Source: Tubiluchus corallicola (Eukaryota > Animalia > Priapulida). From it: a stretch of DNA of 64,000 nucleotides. The stretch is taken from the NCBI GenBank assembly GCA_030141605.1, contig JAQGDQ010000034.1, forward strand, positions 186,001-250,000, given 5' to 3'. The number at the start of each line of letters is the position of its first letter. Positions within the stretch are counted from its first letter, which is position 1. The notes under the pieces were generated by a model. The model did no database searches. It had not been told where the DNA came from and worked only from the letters and a program-made list of their open reading frames with translations. Position numbers and translations under genes: made by a program. Below are positions 1 to 10,914 of the stretch, one piece after another.

Positions 1-696
1 ATTATGATATGTGTGCTTGCATGCCAAAACCGTCCATAAGTTGGCACAGTTAAAACTACGTTGTGATGCTTCAAAGTAGAATGAACCAAAAATTTTGTCA
101 AATGTCAATTTTTCGTATTTTGTAAAAACCAATGCTAAATATGTTGGGCCTTTATATTCTAGCATCAAATTATCAAGAAAATGTTCAAAAAACACTAAAA
201 ATTTAATTTTACAACTCCTTAAAAAACTTGTAACTTCAATGTGTTCTTGCAAGGTCCATAGCAACCAACATTTGTAAGGTTTGCTAAATGTTTTGTAAAA
301 AGGCGACAAAAAACAATGGCTAACTTTAACAGGGATTGTCTCAATGTTATGTTTTTCGGTGAGTACCCTGCATCTCAACTTCAATGTCGATTAACCCAAC
401 TTAGAAAGAACATAGAGTGAGGAACTTGGTATCCACACGATCCAAATGACAAGGAGATTCAGGATATGTGAATAACTAGAACAAGTTAACTGCTGACTTA
501 TGGACGATTTTGCTACGCAAATAGTTCAATATTGTTAACCACTACCTTTGATAATACCAAGATCAGTAATGAGCTCTGCAGAAACTGGAAAGTTTGCGCC
601 TCCAGAAAATCGATTAAAGTGCTGTTTGCTATTAAAGCCAATTACAGCATCAAGAAGTTTTACATTACATATAAATAAGCTTCCAAATCAACAAAC

Positions 697-1588
697 CTTC
701 CTCAGACAGACACACATCCGCATGAATTTCAAGTACTGATGACGTTTCTGCTAAGTCTTTACCATTTTCAGAGGTTTGATCGCAGCTTTCAGTTGTCTAT
801 ATAATTACATAACGAATAAAATGAGAAACATATTCAGAAATATATGATTTATGTTTAATTTATATGACTTATTTTACCTGACTGCAACACAAAAAAGTGA
901 ACAAAAATAAAATGATACAAACAATTTATATTAATATGAAATATGTTTAGTCTTATAGTGATAGCAATGCCAATATGCTGAGACTGAACTGTTTCTATTT
1001 AAAGATGCAATTTAAAGTAATTTCAGACTACTACAGCTTGAGGATTCATATGTACAGAGTTATACTCTCTATCTATAGAGGCAATTTACGAAAAAACATA
1101 CTTACGAGAGAACGTAGTGCATACAAAAGATAATACACAGATAAAACAAGATGTAATTGTCTTGAATAGAAAGGGTCAATACTACTCACAGCACTATAAA
1201 CAGTTTTTCCATTGATAACTAAAACATTTCTTCTCACCTCTTTTCTTTTTCTTTTTTTGATTTGCTTTCCTGCGTGCATCTGTTGTTTTGGTTGTGGTGC
1301 AGGCGAACGATCAAAAAGCAATGGGACTGCATCCGCTTTCAGTCTCCTTTTTACAGGTGGTGGCGGCAGTCCCATAATTCTATGATACATGCTTTCTTCA
1401 AAGCAATCGTGGGTAAAATGTTTCGAGCAAAGTCTGCTTGCTGGAGTCACTGTAAAATCTGGATGTCCCATGTGATGAAGCCACCTTTTTAGCAGGTCAG
1501 GCTTATTTAGAGGGAAACGATGCCAGGATAACCCAGGATCTTTTGTCCTGTGTGTGTTGCCGCAGTTTGGTGCTTTACAAATGGGCAT
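697..1588 (-). CDS. THAP-domain (C2CH zinc finger) protein, 5' coding exons; 3' exons unresolved
   Basis: Exon 1588-1238 (ATG 1588) encodes MPICKAPNC...WHRFP...W...RLCSKHF...ADAVPLLF, i.e. the THAP C2CH signature plus AVPTIF-like box, then basic KKRKRKE. Donor GAG|GTGAGA at 1238/1237; the ORF-track tail beyond this is intron. Likely exon 2 at 796-697 (tatag|ACAACT..., TTESCDQTSENGKD...). Further exons toward position 1 are ambiguous. Confidence 0.85.
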
Positions 1589-2049
1589 TGTCCGTATACT
1601 ATGGCTTATCACAGTATTGATAAGGCTATAATAACCAGCAGCTTTTCAACAGACTCCACATTGTACCAGTCTGAAGCCAAGTAATCCCATTAGCCATCGT
1701 GGCTCACGATGCACTGTCTCTTACGCCTAAAGATATGTTAGTCAAATTCTCTTATACCCTATCCACACACGTCAAGATTAATCTATAAAATGTTTGTACG
1801 ATAGTATGAATTTTCAAGCAAAGTACATGAATCAAATGCACAGGAACACTGTTAATTTGCAAAACCGTTATACATTTTGCTCATCTCTTCATAACTTACA
1901 TGTAACTAACTATATATTGTCACAACCCAAATTTGTATTGCTATTTGTTGCAAATGGCTCTGAAAATTTTCATCTACAGCAAGTCCTTGCTTAATGACGT
2001 TAATGCGTTCCCGCAAAATTTAAGTGAAACATCTTTAAACAAAGCCAGG

Positions 2050-2130
2050 ACTTCCATATAAAGTAATGTAAAAGAACTGAAATACGATGCTAAAACTTCC
2101 ATATAAAGTAATGTAAAAGAACTAAAATAC
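2050..2130. repeat. Short direct repeat, 36-bp unit x2, 45-bp period
   Basis: acttccatataaagtaatgtaaaagaact(g/a)aaatac at 2050 and 2095. Confidence 0.85.
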
Positions 2131-4731
2131 AAAGCCAAGACCATACGTTCTAGAGGCAAAAATCAATACTGCTTAAATCATATAAATTAAAGGTTTCATG
2201 AGTTTTACTAATAGTTCTACTGATTAATTTCTTTCTGCTTGCTTGAAGCCACCTGTATATCTTACTTACATAGCTAATGGTTTCTTCTGCATTAACATTT
2301 AAGTTTAGGCAGTAGTTAAACAATAAACACTGCAGCAGAATCAATGCCAAGCACTGGGCGACTTTGGGAGTTTCATCCAGTCCGGTTACAATAGCAACAG
2401 GTTGCAGTGCATAAAGTTTACTTGCAGGTCTCGCTTAATACAGATGTCTAGCATTTGGTGATCAGTCGGGAAGCAAAAATGTGTACTTGTAGTTGTATAA
2501 TTAAATGAACAGTTCATAGTTACTACTAATACTAGTGCGTTTTTAAAAAGAAAAATGCAATATGTATTGTTTTAATGTATCAGTAGACAATGCATGGACC
2601 ACGTGAGGTGACGTGAATGCGAAAAGTTAATATTGCGTTCGGCTGTAGAGAAGTAAGGTTAGAGAAAAAAGTTAGGGGACCGTATTATACTATTTTTATA
2701 GCAAGAAATTCGCAAGCGATGTGCGTCTTTCTATTGGAACACTGGTTTTTCAGGGATATTTTTGATTTCGGCAACCTGAGAACGCGTTAAAAACAAACAA
2801 CCTAAACCGCAAACTAGCCAATTATAATTTTATCGTTGAATCGGCTTTAACTTACAGACAACTTGTCCAATGCCAGCCGTATTTAAACAACATTAAAGTC
2901 TATGCACGAAAACAAGAAACACGCTTCCCAAACGTCACATGTTGCCTCGCTCTCTCCCTCTATAGACGGAAAATCAAAATGATGTTTATGTCAAAGTGAT
3001 CTATGACTTTGTCATCTGGTACACAGACACGTGCATGGGTTGCAGTACAGGTCTAAAGTTAGGACTAATGAATTGACAAACTATTCTGTCTACACATAGA
3101 TTATTTAATACTAAAAAGTTGAACAAACTTAAATTACAATTCATAATTTATTCATTTGTGTGAGAAAACTGTTGAAATATATACCCAAAAGTACACCACA
3201 TGGCTGGAACAAACGTAAAAGGAATTAAAATAGACACACAGAAAGAAATAAAATATATGTCAAAAAAATAAATCTGTAGCGTTTTATAATACAGCAAAGC
3301 CAGTTTTTGCCGAATAAAAATCCTCCATGTACAGCACCAACGTTGGTTTTCATTTCAAACGACGCATTTGATTTTGGGAAGGGCACTTGTACTTCAAAAT
3401 CATGTAGTAATTCACAGACCGGACAAATGTGATGTGTTTTACGTAAGGGTGGTAAGGTTTTAATTTTACCAGCTGTCCCACCATCAAATTGTTCACATTC
3501 AACTTATAACTTAAGCACTATTATTTACTGTTAATCTCAGCTCAATCTGGGTTTCCTTGCTTAGAGTCAGCTGTAAGGTTACCATCTTAGGCTGATGACT
3601 CTGCTGCTGTAAAACTTATGCTGTTTTAAGACTTTATTTTCACTAAATGTGTGATTAATTTTAGTGACATTGTATTTAGAAATAAATTATGGCATTTTAA
3701 GCTCTTCCAGGAAACGAGTCTACCCTCTACCTACATGCACATCGACAACGAGATGCCATTTCTAGTCTGGCAGTCTGATTGTTTCATTGATAAATTGTGT
3801 AAGACTATCTCTAAAGAAGCATACATTCACACTTGGTTTATTTCAGAAACTTTTGAATTCCAGAACTGACAATATTGCTGATCTTTATAAATGTCAAAAT
3901 TAACATCAATACATCAGTAATAAACTGCAACAATACTACTATGTTACTAATTTTGATTAAGTCAAAATTACTTGAATTCAAAATCGTATTTACATAATTT
4001 ACAAGAACATTAAAGAACATCGCTCAGCATGATGCTATTGTCTGTCATACATAATTATATCTACTCACTGGCTAAAACGTTCTTTACATATTATGTATGA
4101 GAAAGGATCGTTGTTACACAATTCGGCAAGTCTGATAGATTACAATATCAGCGATTCTGACAGAGAAACGCCATGTTTCAGCAATACAATAGCACGGCCA
4201 GTACAAAGGCACTTTATTGGTCATTTACGCCACTGTCATGAACACGCTGAACTGATAATCATTGTGGCTAAAGTGCCACCACATTCTTTAGATTACAGGT
4301 GGCAAATTCATACTGGGCATTTTCATCTTGTACGCCTTAATTACAGGGATAGTCTACACAAATTGATTACACAAATTCAAGTGTACGTTAGCAACAATAC
4401 TATGTTAATAACAATAGCAACCCCATTCACTTTTTACTGGCAGCGCTCCAGGATCGATATGCTCTCGGATATTACCAAAACAATGACTGGCTGCTGCTGC
4501 TGCTTTTCATCAGGACCTTGCACTTTGTTGTACCTTGAATGATATGTCTACGGTATTGTTTTGCGACATAGTTCCAAAAGATATCACATCAATGTTTTCA
4601 CACATGTAGGCTTGAATATTGGACAGGTTAATATCACCGCCGGCCTCAACTAAGCATTGAGGATAGATGGATTTAAATAAGGCAGCAGTCGAATGTAGAT
4701 GCTGTAAAATAACAAATGAATGTTAAACGAC

Positions 4732-4774
4732 TATGATGATGGTGATGATGATGATCATGATGATGATAGTGATG
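4732..4774. repeat. (ATG)n imperfect microsatellite
   Basis: tatgatgatggtgatgatgatgatcatgatgatgatagtgatg. Confidence 0.8.
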
Positions 4775-7700
4775 ACAGTAAGCACAAAAGTAAAAAACAA
4801 ACGAGAAGAAGATATAGGTATAATGATTAAGGTACATAATGATGATCAGTGACATCTAAAAAGGAAATTAGTTTGTTACTCGTAACCCAATTCCAAGTTT
4901 TTTACCACTGTGACAATTAAATTACCCTCAACTTTATTGACACACATGACATCCTTATAAGTGATCCTTTATACACTAACAGGCAGTGCATACTACCTAA
5001 AATAATGTAGCTTACCTAGTGTTTGCGCAAAGACATAATAAAGTTAGCTGTCTAATTTTTTTTGTAAAAACCTGTTATATTTTTGATGGAAAATGTTAGT
5101 AAGCGCTACTTTTCTTCAAGCAATGAACGACGTCATTGGTGGAAGAATGGGCATTCAATATGGAAGTGCCAAAGTGTGAAATGATCAGTGACTTTAAAGT
5201 GATTTTGCTCATTATGCGAGACGGTTATCAAAATTTTTTTATTAAATGCTTTTAGCATTTTTCACAAATATTGAAATAAGTCTAACTTCCCACACAGTTT
5301 GGGTTTTTCCTTTAAATGGCAAAAATGACAACTAATCTCCATTTGATCCAACTGTACACTATAAGAAACATTTTGTTCATCTAAGATTGTCACCACTCCT
5401 AATTTGACCCAGAGTTTTATGAAATTCAGCCATAGATTCATAAATCGGTCGGATTTGAGAAAAATTCTGAAATCTCCTGATTTCGACCATCACATTAAGA
5501 TTCAAGTGGAAAAAAGCAGAAATACATACTACATGCTACTGAAACTTAAGCTAAAAAAGAGCTGAGTATCTGTTAATTGGTAAAGGGGTACCAATACAGG
5601 TAAACTTAATAAAATACGTTTAATCGGTTGCAAGGCTTCAATATTTCATTTCTTCTACAATTTTCGGCAATTTTTGCTACAGCGATAAATGCTGCAAAGC
5701 AAGTATTCTTCAACTTTAAGCTTTAATTCACATAACATAAAGTGCTTTATAATTTGATTGCTAAACCATCCAAGAAACTCAAAAAACGTGAGAAATGTGA
5801 CCGGGAAGAAAAACTCCAAAAACTGATGTAAACTTTGCACTTTTGCAAGTTTTAGATTTTTAGGGCTTTCTGAAATCTAAAGTCAAGAATTTGTACTACT
5901 TTGTAGTTTGAATTTCTTGATTTTAGTTTCAGAAAAAGACCTCATAAAGCATCAAAAATAATTACAGGAAATGTTTGGTTTCTGGGGTTCTGTCCCAAAC
6001 CCATAGGAGAAGCTTACAGGACCCCTAGCTAGCTCTTGATTCCTGACTTTGGTTCATGAAGGAGTGCAACCCTATGCTCAACAAGGCACTTCTGGTGCGA
6101 AATCTTGAAACATTACGGCATCACAGCCGGCACCGAGCCGCAGCAAAAGCTTGTGACAGATTCTGACATTCCACTTGTATCTTTAGCCCAAAGCTGCTAA
6201 CACGTTGTGTCATTTTTATTGCCTGCAAACATAAATTAGTGTTAGAAAAGCTACTAGAGAGACAGAGGTAGCTATTAGTTAATACAAAAAATACAGTGCG
6301 TTCTCACTTAGCTAAACATCTAGCAAAAAGCAAGCCAAATTTTGCAAATTATACAGAGAACTAGAATTTGGGCTCACAAAAATACACGGCTACCTTTTTG
6401 ACACTTCCAGCTAACAATATGTGATTATTTGTCAGCACCACCATAGACGATTCATCATATCCAGTAGTCAAGATGCCTCCAACCAACATTCCATATTTTT
6501 CAACTACATTGCCATCCCACTTTGCTTCCCGTTTTAGCTTAGCAATGTCCTGAGCAACTGTTGCTATGCTGCATGCTCTAGCCCGGCAAGTGACAGCTAC
6601 TCGCTCACCTAACAGAATCTCTCTGGCACTTCCTTGAACTGTGGCAATCTGCAAATCAAGTTGAAATGAAATAGTGAAAACATTTTTAGATTTATTGCAT
6701 TTCAGGTCACATTTGCATTTGGTAAAATAAAGAACTCCCAAGTATGCAAAACGAGTAGAAGCCACCAATTAGCTGAAAATTACATTTACATATTACACAC
6801 AGTCTAAAAAAGATTGTAATGGATTACACAGAAAATGTTAGTAGTTGAAATTTTCGAGACCACCATGAGAAAAGTTTGTTTGATCAATGTAAGACCTCAC
6901 TAACAAAAAATGATCGAAGATTCGTGTTCATAACGCCAAGTTAAAAATTGTTAATTTTTGTGTATACACGAGAGTTGGCTAATTACTTTCTTAATAAAGA
7001 AATTCAGATAGTTTTTATCAACTAAATTTCATAATGATTCTATAACAAGATCTCAAGTTTCACACGACTGTTGTTTAATTTTATGAATCTACAGCTCAAT
7101 TTGGAGATAAATAAACATGCAGTGACGTAGCAAGTCCCATAATGTTTAACACAGTAGAAAAAAGCTACAGTAAAGACAATTAAAATAATTTGAAAACCCA
7201 TTTTTATATTCAGATTAATCTCAAAACTAGTTTACAGCTAACGGCTTTCAGGTGATCTCTGTGTTTCTATTATCTAACAATAGCATGAAAACGAGGAATG
7301 CACATTGGGGCAACAACAGTATAATATCAACATCAAATATATTGATGTTTGCAAAACTAGAATGAAATCATCGCTGCCGGTAACTGTGTGACCACGATAA
7401 GAAAAACTATTGATGGGAAGGTATCATCACTTCCAGTGATTGGCATGTTCCACTAAAAGATGAACTTATTTCAACTTCCCCCCAGCCAGAACAAACTTTA
7501 ATCAAATTGAATTTAGCTTATGTTGGCTATTTTTTGCTTGCGGATTTGGCTAATTATGGCTGCATTTGGCTTAATTTTATCAGGCATTTGGATTACGAAA
7601 GACTATGTCATCGGCAGTCAGTGTGAAGAACTTACACATTGAATCCTGGCGGAAATTAATAGTGCATATTGAATCCCTAAGTTCCTGCGATTCAAGTAAC

Positions 7701-8178
7701 AGAATTATTTGCTTTTTTTCTCATTTCTAGTTGGAACTTAAATTCAAGTTCATCTTTTCAAGGAATTCATTAAGATTCGAGTTCAAGCTCGTTTGTTTTG
7801 AACAACTGTTAAGTTCATAAAAAAGTGAACGAGCTTCTGGACCTCCTTCACTAGTGAATGAATTCGACCCATCACTGGTCAACTCCACACAACATCAAAG
7901 CCAGACTGAGCATTAAAATTCAAAACCTTTGCCGCAAAACTTGTAAACTGATTCGGAAGAAAAAAGGTGGTTCCTTCTGAACAATCCCATGTAACGTGGC
8001 ACCCAAGCTTTTGAAACACTGCATCAACAAACGGACGACCAACTAGCACACCTGAAATGCGATAAAAACACTTACACTCAGAAAAAAACTCACTTGATTT
8101 AAAAAACTTGTCATTTAATTAGCAGAAAAAAACAACTAAAAACATTGTTTAAAATTTTTATTAGCAATGGGCCACAGC

Positions 8179-8556
8179 CAGGGCCAGATTATGACATTTT
8201 GGAGCCTTTAGGCTAATGAAATTATAAGGCCCTCTTAGACGAAGCCACCCTCTAATTTGCTCGTGCTCAGCTCGAATATTTTTTAATTGCGATACATTTC
8301 AGCAACATTTGCATAGCAGGGGCCGAATATTTCAAATAAAGGGCTTCAAAGAGGAACCCATAACTCAAATAAAAAGCCCCCCAAAAAAGGGCCCTTCGTC
8401 TCAAATAAGAGACATCAAACAGGGACATTTTAAATATGCATTTGCAGATTTCCTGTCTCTTTTTTCAAAGTTGAAATTTCATTTTAAGTTATATGAATTA
8501 TTCAGCAATGTAAAGTATCACCCTCTTCCCCCTCGCTATAGGGTAATATAGCCCTA
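8179..8556. mobile_element. Non-autonomous TIR element (MITE), copy 1 of a family also at 20058
   Basis: Ends cagggccagatta / taatatagcccta (degenerate TIR). The body (taggctaatgaaattat..gacgaagccaccctct..atttgctc..tttcaaataaagggcttc..aaagttgaaattt..agttatatgaatta) matches 20058-20402. Confidence 0.7.
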
Positions 8557-10914
8557 GACATAACCAATCAACAAAGGCAAAACAAACCGAATCGCTTCAT
8601 TCACTCGAGTTACATTAATTTTTGTAAAACAATGGACAACATAAAAGAATCAATGTAAAATGATATCCACAATAAACGAACTTGATGAAATGGCATTCTC
8701 CTAAAGCAGAATGGCTAGGTCACCATTAACAGAGATAAAGTAACATATTTGCTATGCCACCATAAATGAGTTTATCCGATTCCCAATTTTAAACTCTAGG
8801 CAGTTTGAGAACCTCTAAGCAAAGGTCATACAGCTCATTTATCTTGAAACATCCATGGTTATCAGGTGTCCTTTTTCAGTTGTTGTGCTTAGGTATGTAG
8901 CCAGATGGAGGTTGCTCAAAGGGATGGTTATTTGATAGATTCCCTGTGATGGTAAAAATAACAAATAATGGTAATAAATTACTAATGCTAAGTAAATAAT
9001 AATACTTCCATAATAACCCCCCTTGTTTCAGCAAGACCAGGCATGCATCTCAGTGCTGTAGTACAGAATTTGCAGAACAGTTAGACGAAATAATGTAAAA
9101 AACTTATAAATATATAAATATTTAAAAAACTTGTACTATAAAATTCAATAGACAACAATATAAAAGTTTATGGTACCAAAGACAAGGCAACATATTCATC
9201 ACTTAAAACGTTACTATTTTCAAAATTCACGCAACATAGACTCATTTGAAACAAAGTGCTTTTAAAATACTTTCCAGTGTAGCAACAGAACCTGTCAAGC
9301 GTAAACGAAGAGGCACTCATTTCATGTGCTGCCATAGAAAAGTCTCTTGTCTTTTTTTTCTGTAGAGAAAGTGGCTGACTATACGCAGCATTGAAACGTG
9401 TGTGATTTAGGAATGTCGGAATGACTGACTGTTCAGGTTACAAATAATAATTAACTGAGTGAAAAAATATGAGTAATTTTGTGTTAATAGTACCAGCTTG
9501 AATTTCCCTGTGGGTGACCACAGGTAACATAAAAAAATAGTTGTTATTCGGTCGTATTTGTGCGTGCGGCTTATAAACGACATACCTGGCGAACGAAGAA
9601 GCAAGATTGCTCTTTCCTGCTTCTCCTTGACGACACTGCTCAGATAATAGAAGTTTGGCACCTCCTCGGTCAACCTCATGATTCAGTATCATTATCAGAC
9701 TGTGGTGGTTCGATTAAGGAAGAAAAGGAGGCACATTCAGAAGGCCAAGTGTTGAATTTTTGAGGTAACAATCTAGCAACCTCTGTGTAAAGTGTAGAAA
9801 GCTTTTGGAGCTTGAAGCTGTTGTTTCTAGAAGTTGCTCCACTTTGAGAAACTTTCTGTACCACCTTGTCAGCCTTTTCATAAATGTGTTTTGCCAATCT
9901 GTGCATGATAAAACTATGCCTTTCTATAACTCAGAATTATGACCAATCAAAGCCCATGCCAAATCAGAAATGAACACATTTCAAAGAAGACCATTCAAGG
10001 AAAAAATGGCCAAAGAAAATTTGAAAAAAGGGTCTGTATAGTAAAGTCAAGGCAAAGGATTTGGGTGCACAAAGCACAGAAAACCAAAAAATAAACTAGA
10101 AAAACAGAATGTGATAACTAATTGAAATTTAGCTCATTTTGTACACTATGACGGTACTGCTTTATAGTCAGGGTACATTATTTACCATATTGAGCATTCA
10201 TATTAACTGTTTGGCAAAATAGGAAACTGGAAATCCTAAAATTTTAGTCGGATGTTTTTGTTAATAATACAAAAAACAATATTTGTAAAAGTAATTAACA
10301 AAAGTTTTTATTTAACTGCTAGAAAAATAGAAGTACTGAATATTTACATCACAATGAATAAACAACAACATGTAGTTACATTAAACTGTAGGCTCATAAT
10401 CCATTGGTGAGGCTGAACAAAATAGCTTAGTCATTTATCAAGCTGATGTTACAAAACAAATCCATCATTAATTCCAGCACAAATATGCAAAGTGGGTTAC
10501 TACACTGAATACACATACAAAATATGATTTTACACCTGATTTGTATGGTAAAACCAAATACATGCATTCGTGAGTGGATTCAGTGACAATCATGATTTTA
10601 ATGCCATAAATATTGTAATTTTGACACACGAAACAGCATGATTATGCATAATTATAGCAATTTGCATCTGCATCTGGCCACCAAGGCACGATTTATTTCA
10701 GCAATGTACAGTAGCTACAGTCACAAAAAACATGCTTATCTGGTAATTGTGTTAAAAAACCAGAAGTTTTTTTGCTCAAGTGCTTGCCTTCTTTTGAGAC
10801 CTATACATTATTACATTTAATTAACAAAATACTCACTATGTACCACTCGTGTTATTTATAACTATGTATGCTTTACATAATGTTTTATTATTTACATGCT
10901 ATTATGTAGAGAAA

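Larger units (their letters stand above)
4510..9906 (-). pseudogene. QPRT: Quinolinate phosphoribosyltransferase (QPRT/nadC) homologue, frameshifted and active-site degenerate
   Basis: Exons 9906-9586 (...ES[W]LTEEVPNFYYLSSVVKEKQERAILLLRSPG), 8051-7927 (GVLVGRPFVDAVFQKLGCHVTW..), 6648-6394 (IATVQGSAREILLGERVA...VEKYGMLVGG...NNHILLAGSVKK), 6222-6090 (..KIQVECQNL..GAGCDAVMFQDFAPE), 4701-4510 (..LVEAGGDINLSNI..IDVISFG..VDISFKV..*). All introns are GT-AG with matching phases, and the peptides are colinear with human QPRT as recalled. There is a +2 nt shift near 9675 and a +1 nt shift near 6135. Confidence 0.88.

Noticed and set aside
1073-1237. Hydrophobic C-terminal tail of the THAP ORF
   Set aside because: It lies after a strong GTGAGA donor, so it is intron read-through.
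1238-1588. P-element/THAP9 transposase
   Set aside because: No transposase catalytic region or TIRs visible in the window; spliced cellular-type THAP layout. It cannot be fully excluded because the 3' end is unresolved.
4093-4542. 149-aa + strand ORF
   Set aside because: Antisense to the QPRT-like last exon and 3' region; no recognisable motif or splice support.
9586-9906. Antizyme-like programmed +1 frameshift at TCA-TGA after a 76-aa ORF
   Set aside because: The +1 frame has no antizyme similarity. QPRT homology continues in the other frame, which fits a 2-nt insertion.
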